Source of the DNA: Armatimonadota bacterium
Lineage (GTDB): Bacteria; Vulcanimicrobiota; JACPDS01; JBDRKI01
Assembly (NCBI GenBank): GCA_043814095.1
Contig: JBDRKI010000028.1
Span: 1 to 38,544 of the forward strand
DNA length: 38,544 nt
Direction of reading: 5' to 3'
The translations under genes were made by a program, and so were the position numbers. The notes below the pieces were generated by a model. It did no database searches. It was given only the letters and a program-made list of their open reading frames with translations, and was not told where the DNA came from. Below are positions 9,122-16,918 of this stretch, one piece after another (within the stretch, counting starts at the first letter, position 1; every line of letters begins with the position of its first letter).

Positions 9122-9165
9122 AATAATTCAATTATTATACAGTTTTCCCTGCAAAATACTATTAT

Positions 9166-9423
9166 CTAGCTCTTTTTTAATTCTTCTTTTGTTTTAAGAT
9201 CTCTGCTCCCTTTATAAATCACATCAAGTATCTCTTTATATTCCTTGTTGGTCTCTTTATCAGCAGCTTTTTTTATCCATGTCATAATTGTATTCTTAAC
9301 TTTCTTATCCGGTATAGCTGCTTTATTATAACCATGTCTTGATTCATAGAACATATACGCATTATCAAATACATATTTTTCACCGTCATGATGCAGTTCA
9401 TAAGTAAAATGTGCTGAAGTCAT
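9166..9423 (-). CDS. Hypothetical protein, possibly the 3' half of a frameshifted gene with 9420-9689
   Basis: 85-aa ORF with ATGA overlap to the upstream ORF and a weak RBS; no recognised motif. Confidence 0.5.
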   Translation of the reverse strand: MTSAHFTYELHHDGEKYVFDNAYMFYESRHGYNKAAIPDKKVKNTIMTWIKKAADKETNKEYKEILDVIYKGSRDLKTKEELKKS

Positions 9424-9689
9424 AAGGAGTGCAAACCCTTCTGCGGCACCGTAAAATCTATTTTCTTTTTATTATCCGCAGAATTAGATTTTACAGTTAA
9501 ACTGGCAGAACCCTTCTTGCCGGGAACTTTGTACTTAATAGTTTCCGTAGTATATTCTACTCCTGGTTTATTAGAAAGAGGCAGTCCTACTGTTTGTTTT
9601 GTTACACTCTCTTTTCTTTCAAAGCTGTCTTTTGCATTATTTCCCAGGTTATTTACTATAGGATTTAAAACTGTTCTTCCAATATTCAT
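9420..9689 (-). CDS. Hypothetical protein
   Basis: 89-aa ORF with AGGGGG RBS and an upstream TGC-TATACT -10 (9740-9745, minus); no recognised motif. Confidence 0.6.
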   Translation of the reverse strand: MNIGRTVLNPIVNNLGNNAKDSFERKESVTKQTVGLPLSNKPGVEYTTETIKYKVPGKKGSASLTVKSNSADNKKKIDFTVPQKGLHSL

Positions 9690-9764
9690 AATAATCCCCC
9701 TTTATTTTAAGCTGATATAATTACATCCAATAAACACCCAGTATAGCAAGGATTTTATGGCAAT

Positions 9765-9802
9765 AAAATGTTAACTTTATGTTAACTTTTTATACCTTAT
9801 AA
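9765..9802. promoter_or_regulatory. GTTAAC direct-repeat pair (11-bp period) plus TATACCTTATAA element
   Basis: GTTAAC at 9770 and 9781; 9765-9786 is identical to 28880-28901; 9768-9802 matches 33337-33371 at 30/35. Confidence 0.6.
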
Positions 9803-9803
9803 G

Positions 9804-9831
9804 AAGTAAGGCCAATTTCTTGGCCTTACTT
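9804..9831 (-). terminator. Hairpin downstream of the Fic gene (copy 1 of a 22-bp repeat)
   Basis: AAG-TAAGGCCAA-TTTC-TTGGCCTTA-CTT. Confidence 0.7.
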
Positions 9832-9843
9832 AGGGATTATTTT

Positions 9844-10902
9844 TTAAATTCTTCTGTATCTGGTGCTTCTTCCCATGCCTATTCTTTCAACTTTATTTAG
9901 CTGTAATAGCTTATTCAACGATTGGCTTACAGTGACTCTCGCCACAAGGGTATTTCTGGAAATTTCTTCCGGAGCAGCTTCTTCTACAGTCTGTAAATAC
10001 TGCCACACGGCTAGTTGTTTAGGTGATAATATTTTTTCGATATTCTCTTTGGTAAATAATCCTATCGCATATGAAGATTGAGTAAGGAGTACATTTGAAA
10101 AAAAACTCAGCCAGTCTGTAATGTCTTCGGATTTAGTTTTGAATGTTTTCTGGCTTTTTCTTAAAGCCATATAATAATCCGGTTTATTAACCTCTATTAT
10201 TTTCTCATGGGAAATATAGGGCATAAATAAATAACCGCTTTTAAGCAGAAGTAAATTTGTAAGTATGCGCGAAAGGCGCCCGTTTCCGTCATGAAAAGGA
10301 TGGATTGCAAGGAATTCAACAATAAAATTACCTATAAGAAGGAGTGGATGGTATTTTTTCTCACCAAGCGCATTTTTTGTCCATTCGACAAGCTCCTGCA
10401 TTTCTTTAGGGATAAGATACGCTGCGGTAGTATCAAAAAGCTTGCCTATAGAATTTCCCGAAGCATCTATCATTTCAACCTTGTTTTCAATCTTTTTATA
10501 ATCCCCCCTATGAAGCTTGTCCTTTTCAACATATCTCAACATTTCCTGGTGAAGATGCTTTATTGAATTTTCGGAAAATGAAATATGCTTCCATGAATCA
10601 AATATCTTTTCTAAAAGTTCGTAATATCCCCGCACTTCCTGTTTATCGCGGTCAGAAAATTTTTGTATAGATAGGCCGCGCATGAGTTTTTCAACATCTT
10701 CATCCGAAAACCGGGCTCCTTCTATACGGGTAGATGCTCCGGCAGAAGTAATAAGCACTGTCTTTTTCAGTCTCCCAAGCACCTGAGGAGCAAAATTCAC
10801 CCCGCCTATCCATTGACCCTTTAATTCATCAATTTTAGTTATTTTAGCCCAAACTTCAGGAGGTATGTATTTTAAGCGATTATCAAAGCTCTTTTCCGGC
10901 AT
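9844..10902 (-). CDS. Fic-family protein (class II type, N-terminal inhibitory motif) with C-terminal winged HTH
   Basis: Canonical HPFHDGNGRLSR; inhibitory STRIEG; C-terminal LSPKQ...VTVSQSLNKL...GMGRSTRY. Confidence 0.92.
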   Translation of the reverse strand: MPEKSFDNRLKYIPPEVWAKITKIDELKGQWIGGVNFAPQVLGRLKKTVLITSAGASTRIEGARFSDEDVEKLMRGLSIQKFSDRDKQEVRGYYELLEKIFDSWKHISFSENSIKHLHQEMLRYVEKDKLHRGDYKKIENKVEMIDASGNSIGKLFDTTAAYLIPKEMQELVEWTKNALGEKKYHPLLLIGNFIVEFLAIHPFHDGNGRLSRILTNLLLLKSGYLFMPYISHEKIIEVNKPDYYMALRKSQKTFKTKSEDITDWLSFFSNVLLTQSSYAIGLFTKENIEKILSPKQLAVWQYLQTVEEAAPEEISRNTLVARVTVSQSLNKLLQLNKVERIGMGRSTRYRRI

Positions 10903-10925
10903 ATTTTCACCTCATACTTTAACTA

Positions 10926-10960
10926 TATGAGATTGTATGAGATTATACGAGAAAAGTCAA
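10926..10960 (-). promoter_or_regulatory. Sigma70 promoter of the Fic gene, overlapped by 10-bp direct repeats (possible autoregulatory operator)
   Basis: Minus strand TTGACT (10960-10955)-N17-TACAAT (10937-10932); TATGAGATT at 10926 and 10936, TACGAGAAA at 10946. Confidence 0.65.
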
Positions 10961-11034
10961 GAATAACTTAAAGACTTAATTCCACTAACAAAGAAAAAAC
11001 CCAGATAAATCAAGTTTTTTCGTCGGACGCACCT

Positions 11035-11068
11035 ATAAAATAAGGCCAATTTCTTGGCCTTATTTTAT
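11035..11068 (-). terminator. Terminator of the hydrogenase operon (copy 2 of the 22-bp repeat)
   Basis: ATAAAA-TAAGGCCAA-TTTC-TTGGCCTTA-TTTTAT, 15-bp stem, about 40 bp after the large-subunit stop. Confidence 0.75.
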
Positions 11069-11105
11069 CATAATTTACTTGCTATTTTGTACTGTATTTA
11101 CTAGT

Positions 11106-12380
11106 TTAATGCACCGAACAAGAGAAACACGGATCATATGATCTTGCCAGCATCTCTGTATGGAATTTCGCGTCTTCAGGTGTCATCTCAGCCAGCTGAG
11201 GCACATAAGACTTAAGATCATTCTCAAGATTTAAGACAAAGTGTGCTGTAGGAGTTATGATATCGGCATATTCTACGATACCGTCATTGTTTATCTTGTA
11301 TTCGTAATACAGGCTGCCTCTGGGAGCTTCAACTATATGTATGCCGTGACCGGCTTTTGGCACAACATCTATCTTTTCTTTTTTCGGGTTAAGTTTCCGG
11401 CAGAGTTCAATTCCCTGGTCTACAGTATCAACCAGCTCAAGCGCTCTTGCCTGGAGTGATTTAAACGGATTGAATTCAGGATATGTAAATCCGTATTTTT
11501 TGGCCAGCTCTTTTGCAGATTCGGAAAGCTTATCAAAATTAAGATTAACTCTGGCAAGAGGCCCTACCAGGAATGATTCTCTTTCCTTTACTTTATAATG
11601 CATGACATGATCATGAGGCCTGTTGTAATGTATCTCTTCTATTAAGTCATGGTGCTTCTCAACAGGGACATCTATGCCTTTAGTTGATTTTAAGTCGCCT
11701 ATCGTGAATGAATAATAGCGGGGATTTGATATGGCGATAAGTTCGCTCTTCCTGCTAAATTCAGGATATTTTAAACCGGCTGTAAATGTAACACTGTCAA
11801 TTGCATCCTGTTTAACTTCTTCAAGCATCTTTACTATTTCATCAAGCTGTTTCTTCGTGGGAACAGCGGAAAAACCACCTGGTATCATTGATATGGGGTG
11901 AGTCTCACGGCCGCCCACAACTTTTAATATATGATCCCCTACTTTGTTTAACCTAACCGCTCTTAAAAGTATGGGAAGATCTTTTTCTTTAAAGCTTAAG
12001 ACGCTCTCGTATCCGAGAAAATCCGGGCCTGCAAGCATATACATATGAACCGAGAGGTTCATAATCATCTCACCTATGTTTATAAGGTCTCTTAAGTCTT
12101 TTGTCTGCTGTGAGACTTCTACGCCCATAGCTTTTTCAACGGCGTATAATGAACAGGTCTGGTGAGGTACGGAACATATACCGCATATTCTTGAACCCAT
12201 ATCAGATACTTCATCATATTTTCTGCCCACCATAAAGCCTTCAAAAAATCTCGGGGGTTCAAATACTTTAACTTCTATCTCCTGAACCTCACCGCCGCGG
12301 TTAACCTCAACTTTAATGCCTGCTTCGCCTTCAACCCTTGTTAAAGCGTCAATATTGATATTTAAATCCTTTGTAGCCAT
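11106..12380 (-). CDS. hydA: Group 3b (sulfhydrogenase-type) [NiFe]-hydrogenase large (alpha) subunit
   Basis: RVEGE, EPPRFFE, L1 RICGICSVPH, EAPRG, L2 DPCFSCSVH; ATG 12380 after GGAGGG. Confidence 0.92.
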   Translation of the reverse strand: MATKDLNINIDALTRVEGEAGIKVEVNRGGEVQEIEVKVFEPPRFFEGFMVGRKYDEVSDMGSRICGICSVPHQTCSLYAVEKAMGVEVSQQTKDLRDLINIGEMIMNLSVHMYMLAGPDFLGYESVLSFKEKDLPILLRAVRLNKVGDHILKVVGGRETHPISMIPGGFSAVPTKKQLDEIVKMLEEVKQDAIDSVTFTAGLKYPEFSRKSELIAISNPRYYSFTIGDLKSTKGIDVPVEKHHDLIEEIHYNRPHDHVMHYKVKERESFLVGPLARVNLNFDKLSESAKELAKKYGFTYPEFNPFKSLQARALELVDTVDQGIELCRKLNPKKEKIDVVPKAGHGIHIVEAPRGSLYYEYKINNDGIVEYADIITPTAHFVLNLENDLKSYVPQLAEMTPEDAKFHTEMLARSYDPCFSCSVH

Positions 12381-12392
12381 ATTTCCCTCCAA

Positions 12393-13181
12393 TTATTTAT
12401 CCCATCCTGTTAATTTCTGGTCAGCAACCTCTGCGTACTGTTCGGCACACGGAGTAAAACTTCTAAATCTTCTTATTACGTCCTGATCATTCACGCCGTT
12501 TTCCATTAAAAGATCGGCAAAAGATTTAACGTTTGCATCGCTCATGGGACCGTGACAGCTGTAGCATGCCCTATTGAAGCTCGGGCATAATGCGCCGCAG
12601 CCGGCTCTTGTAACAGGGCCCATACAGGGTTTCTTTTCATGAACAAGTATGCATACATTATCCTTTGCTTTACATTCCATGCATACACTGTGAGGCTGTA
12701 AGTTGGGTGTTTTGCCTAAATATACAGCTTGAATAAGTTCCACTAATTCGTTTTTATCTATAGGGCAACCCTGCAGATACGCGTCAACCTTGACATATTT
12801 ATCTATGGGATAGCCTGTCGGTATTGTTCCCACATTCTCGGCTTTCTCATATTTAATATCAATGAGCTTATTTATATCTTTCCAGTTCTTTAAGCCGGGA
12901 AGCCCTCCGTATGTAGCGCACGCGCCGAAAGCTACCAGTATTTTACTCTTTTCCCTTAAAAGTTTTATCTTCTCTATCTCTTCATCACATGTAACAGTAC
13001 CTTCTGCAAGCCCTACATCAAAAGGACCGTCAACATTAAAGCTTCTGAATTCATGCACATATGTTAGTTCAACCAGCTCAAGCACATCAAGCAGATGCTC
13101 ATCATAATGCAGAAGTTCAACCTGATCCCCGGCACAGGATGAAAATTTATATATCCCTATTTTTAATTTCTTCTTTTCCAT
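12393..13181 (-). CDS. hydD: Group 3b hydrogenase small (delta) subunit
   Basis: KFSSCAGDQ, EG, GACATYGG, GCP, VCMEC...C...CMGPVTRAGCGALCP...CYSCHG; ATG 13181 after AAGGAG. Confidence 0.9.
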   Translation of the reverse strand: MEKKKLKIGIYKFSSCAGDQVELLHYDEHLLDVLELVELTYVHEFRSFNVDGPFDVGLAEGTVTCDEEIEKIKLLREKSKILVAFGACATYGGLPGLKNWKDINKLIDIKYEKAENVGTIPTGYPIDKYVKVDAYLQGCPIDKNELVELIQAVYLGKTPNLQPHSVCMECKAKDNVCILVHEKKPCMGPVTRAGCGALCPSFNRACYSCHGPMSDANVKSFADLLMENGVNDQDVIRRFRSFTPCAEQYAEVADQKLTGWDK

Positions 13182-13202
13182 AGTCAGCACTCCTTATTAA
13201 TA

Positions 13203-14045
13203 TTATATCCCTAAATCCGGGAGACCCTTAACCTGATCATATCTGAATACAGCGCCGTCTTTACATACAAAATATTTGCCTATCTGGCAGTGACCACATC
13301 TCCCGACCCCGCACTGCATCCTTCTCTCCAGCGAGACATAAATCTGTTCATCGGAAAAACCTTTTTCCTTTAAGCATTTAACAACAAATTTCATCATTAT
13401 CTCGGGACCGCATGTCATAACAACGGTATTTTTGGGATCCAAGTTTGCTTTATCAAAACAGGTTGTCACAACACCGACATTTTTATCCCATTTATCTCCG
13501 TCTTCAACTTTATCAACGGTTAAGACTAAATTGATGTCATTCTTTTTATCCTGCCAGGATGTAAATTCTTTAGTATAAAGCATATCTTTGCAGGTTCTCG
13601 CGCCGTAAACAATATCAACTTTGCCGTAATCTTTCCTATTATTCAGAATATGGCATATAACGGGGCGCAGAGGCGCAAGCCCTATACCGCCTGTAATAAT
13701 AACAACATCCCTGCCTTTTGCTTCTTCCACAGGCCATGATGTGCCGTAAGGGCCCCTTATACCTAAAACATCACCGTCTTTCAATCCGAAGAGAACTCCT
13801 GTTACCGAGCCCACTTTTCTTACGGTATGTTCCAGCATGCCGGAAGAAGCAGGGTCTGAACTTATTGATATGGCCGATTCGCCTATCGCGGGTATTGTCA
13901 CCATGTTAAACTGTCCGGGCTTAAACGAATACGATTTTTTATGTTCGCTGTCTTTAAGCTCCAGGGTAAATGTCCAGGTATCGGCAGTCTGCTGCTCTAT
14001 TTTTTTGATTACCGCTTCTTTGGGGATATTACCTGTATGATGCAT
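13203..14045 (-). CDS. hydG: Group 3b hydrogenase gamma subunit (FAD/NAD(P)-binding, 2Fe-2S)
   Basis: FKPGQFNM, GESAISISS, RGPYG, GGIGLAPLR, CGPEIMM, ERRMQCGVGRCGHC...VCKDG. Confidence 0.92.
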   Translation of the reverse strand: MHHTGNIPKEAVIKKIEQQTADTWTFTLELKDSEHKKSYSFKPGQFNMVTIPAIGESAISISSDPASSGMLEHTVRKVGSVTGVLFGLKDGDVLGIRGPYGTSWPVEEAKGRDVVIITGGIGLAPLRPVICHILNNRKDYGKVDIVYGARTCKDMLYTKEFTSWQDKKNDINLVLTVDKVEDGDKWDKNVGVVTTCFDKANLDPKNTVVMTCGPEIMMKFVVKCLKEKGFSDEQIYVSLERRMQCGVGRCGHCQIGKYFVCKDGAVFRYDQVKGLPDLGI

Positions 14046-14056
14046 AATTCACCTCG

Positions 14057-15082
14057 TTATTTTGAAATTTTCTCAATTATATCAAGCAAGCTTATATCAA
14101 CAGGACAGATCTCTATGCACCTGCCGCGGCCCGTACAGCCCGCTTCATTATACTGATCATGCCAGTAATTTAATTTATGGTTTACAAACTGCTTCAAACG
14201 CTGAATTCTTTCCGGACGGAAATTCTCACCGTGAGCGACTCCGGCAAACTCCTTATTCTGACAGGAATCCCAGTAAGCTTCCCTTCTTGTTGTTCTGCCG
14301 TCCCAGTCAAGATTATCTTTTATGCTGTAACAGAAGCACGTGGGGCACACATTTGTGCATGAAGCGCACGATAAGCATTTATCTGATTCTTCCTTCCAGT
14401 AAGGATGCTCGGAGTTTTTAATAAGCGCTTCCCTCATTTTCGGTGGATGGGCCACGCATTCTTTCTGGCTTGTCTTCTTTATAATAGAATCTATTTTTTC
14501 TTTTTTCTTAGAAAGCTCCGCATCGGCTGCATCTTCTTTATCAATGCCTTCTAAGAGTTTTTCTCCCCTGCCTGTTCCTGTCTCAACCATGAATGAATCA
14601 CCCAGATCGGTAAACAGAAGATCAAAACCTTCTTTTGCGTCAGGGCCCGAACCCATACAGCTGCAGAAACAGTACTCATCACAGTCATTACAGGTAAGTG
14701 CAATTATAGCGGCGTTCTTTCTTCTTTTAAGATAAGCGTTCTCTATCTCTGTATCGGCAAAAACTTTATCAAGAAGAAGAAGTCCCTTTAGGTCGCAGGG
14801 GTGCACCCCGAATACCATTATGTCTTTAACAGGGGTATCTTCTTTTGAGGTGAAGCCTTCCTTGGCGGTATATTCAAAAATGATATTGCTTGAGGGGTGG
14901 AAAACTTTTTTCACGGACTGGGTAGTCCTTATAAAATTTAAATCTATCTCTACGGCATTTTCAACAGGCTTAAAGCTTACCTTATCATTATTGGACACGG
15001 GCGCCCAGAGATCAAACCTCTTTGAGGCTCCGTCCAAAAATTTGTTAAGATTCTCTTTTGTAATTTTATACGCTTTCGGCAT
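14057..15082 (-). CDS. hydB: Group 3b hydrogenase beta subunit (AsrA-like 4Fe-4S protein)
   Basis: GVHPCD, C..C...CFC, CLSCASCTNVCPTCFC, WDSC, HKL, CTGRGRCIEICP; ATG 15082 after GGAGGG. Confidence 0.9.
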   Translation of the reverse strand: MPKAYKITKENLNKFLDGASKRFDLWAPVSNNDKVSFKPVENAVEIDLNFIRTTQSVKKVFHPSSNIIFEYTAKEGFTSKEDTPVKDIMVFGVHPCDLKGLLLLDKVFADTEIENAYLKRRKNAAIIALTCNDCDEYCFCSCMGSGPDAKEGFDLLFTDLGDSFMVETGTGRGEKLLEGIDKEDAADAELSKKKEKIDSIIKKTSQKECVAHPPKMREALIKNSEHPYWKEESDKCLSCASCTNVCPTCFCYSIKDNLDWDGRTTRREAYWDSCQNKEFAGVAHGENFRPERIQRLKQFVNHKLNYWHDQYNEAGCTGRGRCIEICPVDISLLDIIEKISK

Positions 15083-15096
15083 CTTACCCTCCATGA

Positions 15097-15114
15097 TTGT
15101 GCTTATTTTCACAA
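15097..15114. promoter_or_regulatory. Rex-type operator upstream of the hydrogenase operon
   Basis: TTGTGCTTATTTTCACAA versus the Rex consensus TTGTGAA-N4-TTCACAA (12/14), just upstream of the hydB RBS. Confidence 0.7.
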
Positions 15115-15281
15115 GTAACGCCTAAATAAAAAACGAGTGTATTACTCATTCAGCAAAAATGTTTCTATTATGTTTTAAAATATCCTTCTTTTTTACATTG
15201 CATTATATTGTTTTTTTATACTTGTTTTTTGAAAAATCGGATATAGAATACTACTTTATTATTAATATGTCAACTTGGCCA

Positions 15282-16010
15282 TTAAAAGGTAAATATTTCA
15301 GGCATTTTCATCTTATGCGCGGATGATTTATTCATTCTTTTTACTTTTTCAACCTTTTTGCCGGACACCCTAGGCGTTCTTTTCCTGCCCAGAGCTTCTA
15401 TTATACAATCAAGCTCTTCATAAGTTATGCCTATCTCTTTCTCATCTGTCTGGTTCTCCCAGAGGCCGGCGCTTGGCGGCTTTTCTATGATTTCATCAGG
15501 AATATTTAAATCTTCAGCAAGCTTTCTTACTTCTCTTTTTAAAAGATTTCCAAGAGGCAGTATATCAACACCGCCGTCCCCGTATTTTGTAAAATACCCT
15601 ACTGTAAGCTCTGACCTGTTCCCTGTGCCGGCCACAAGATAATTAAACTTATTAGCGTAAAAATACAGCATGATCATCCTTATCCGGGGCTTTAAATTGG
15701 CTAATAGAAGCTTGGGAAGTTTTGAAGCTTTCTTAACTTTAAGAATCTTTAAAAAAGCATTATATACCGGCTCTATATCTATTTCTTTAAGGTTAAGATT
15801 AAACTTTCTTTTAAGCATAAAAGCGTGTTTTCTATCATGGGGGTTGCTATTACACGGCAGAAAGAGAAAAAGAGAGTTCTTAGGAAAGGCACGCTTTGCA
15901 AGAACAGCCGCAACAGCTGAATCTATCCCCCCGCTCAGGCCACATATTATGCCCTTTGAACCGCTTTCTTTAACCTTGTTTTTAAGCCATTTTATTAACT
16001 TTTTCTGCAT
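15282..16010 (-). CDS. nadE: NH3-dependent NAD+ synthetase
   Basis: GLSGGIDSAV, NLKPRIRM, GTGNRSE..GYFTKYGDG, KPPSAGLW..QTDE, HK. Confidence 0.95.
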   Translation of the reverse strand: MQKKLIKWLKNKVKESGSKGIICGLSGGIDSAVAAVLAKRAFPKNSLFLFLPCNSNPHDRKHAFMLKRKFNLNLKEIDIEPVYNAFLKILKVKKASKLPKLLLANLKPRIRMIMLYFYANKFNYLVAGTGNRSELTVGYFTKYGDGGVDILPLGNLLKREVRKLAEDLNIPDEIIEKPPSAGLWENQTDEKEIGITYEELDCIIEALGRKRTPRVSGKKVEKVKRMNKSSAHKMKMPEIFTF

Positions 16011-16104
16011 AATTATACCTCATAAACCCTTAAAAATAATGGTGATTTTACACTATATTTTCTACTTTCCGCAATATCTCCCTTCTTTTTCCAAAAAACT
16101 TAAG

Positions 16105-16185
16105 AATACTCCATTTGACCTATATTTTACACAAAAAAATACTCCTTTTGACCTATATCCGTATATGCACGGGGGGGGGTATAAT
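16105..16185 (+). promoter_or_regulatory. Promoter with two 21-bp direct repeats and a G9 tract abutting the -10 box
   Basis: AATACTCC(A/T)TTTGACCTATAT at 16105 and 16138 (20/21 identical, 33-bp period); G9 at 16171-16179; TATAAT at 16180-16185. Confidence 0.7.
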
Positions 16186-16277
16186 ATAAGTGGGAAGGGG
16201 GAAAGACACTTCCCGTAAGCAAGATTTAAAGGCATAAAAAGCCATTAAATAAAACAAAAAGAAAGGAGGAAACCTAA

Positions 16278-16757
16278 ATGAAAAAGCTGATAATAGTCCT
16301 TATCGCGATAGCTTTCATGAGCGCGGCCGCGTTTGCCGGTTCAACCGACACTCAGACCGTGTATTTTGAAATTGACGCGATTAACGAAATTGCTTTTGAC
16401 GCGGATGAAACCTTAACAATTAACTCAGCAACAGCAGGTTCTGAACCAGATCTGGACAGCGTGGTTTGTCAGTATGCGATAACCACAAACGAAACAGCCG
16501 GTAAAAAGATAACAGGCGCGCTTAACGCCAATATGCCTGCCAGTACCGGACTTATGGTAACTGCTGGAGCACCTTCAACCGGTTCCAGTGCCGGCCAGGT
16601 AACACTTAATGCTACAGCGGCAAGCTTAGTAACCAGCATAGAAACAGTTGCACAGGGCAGCATAAACTACACCTTAACTTTAGATGCTGATGTCGCAGCC
16701 GGTCTTCCCGCTGACGGTTCAAGAGTCATAACCTTCACATTATGTGACGAATCCTAA
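16278..16757 (+). CDS. Secreted Ala/Thr/Ser-rich beta-strand protein, possibly a fimbrial or surface filament subunit
   Basis: AAAGGAGG RBS; Sec signal ending AFA; alternating N-terminal strand (TQTVYFEIDAINEI) and C-terminal strand (RVITFTL); two Cys; own promoter and terminator. The product name is inference. Confidence 0.55.
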   Translation: MKKLIIVLIAIAFMSAAAFAGSTDTQTVYFEIDAINEIAFDADETLTINSATAGSEPDLDSVVCQYAITTNETAGKKITGALNANMPASTGLMVTAGAPSTGSSAGQVTLNATAASLVTSIETVAQGSINYTLTLDADVAAGLPADGSRVITFTLCDES

Positions 16758-16784
16758 ACAGATACTTTAAGTTAGTGTTGAGAT

Positions 16785-16810
16785 AAGGCGGTCTTCATGG
16801 CCGCCTTTTT
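16785..16810 (+). terminator. Intrinsic terminator
   Basis: AAGGCGGTC-TTCAT-GGCCGCCTT running into a T tract, about 27 bp after the stop. Confidence 0.8.
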
Positions 16811-16918
16811 CTTATATTTTTGTTCCCTTACTTATTATGTTATGTTTTTTCAATTTTACCGTTCTTTTTTGTTATTCTTGCAGGAAATTTCATAAAAAAA
16901 ATAAACTTAAGATACATT

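Noticed and set aside
15670-16218. 182-aa plus-strand ORF with repeated KNTPFDLY
   Set aside because: Antisense to nadE; the peptide repeat is just the translated 33-bp-period promoter repeat.
16186-16277. Riboswitch (such as c-di-GMP) in the leader of the secreted protein gene
   Set aside because: Only a short GGGAAG/CTTCCC stem; no conserved riboswitch motifs recognised.
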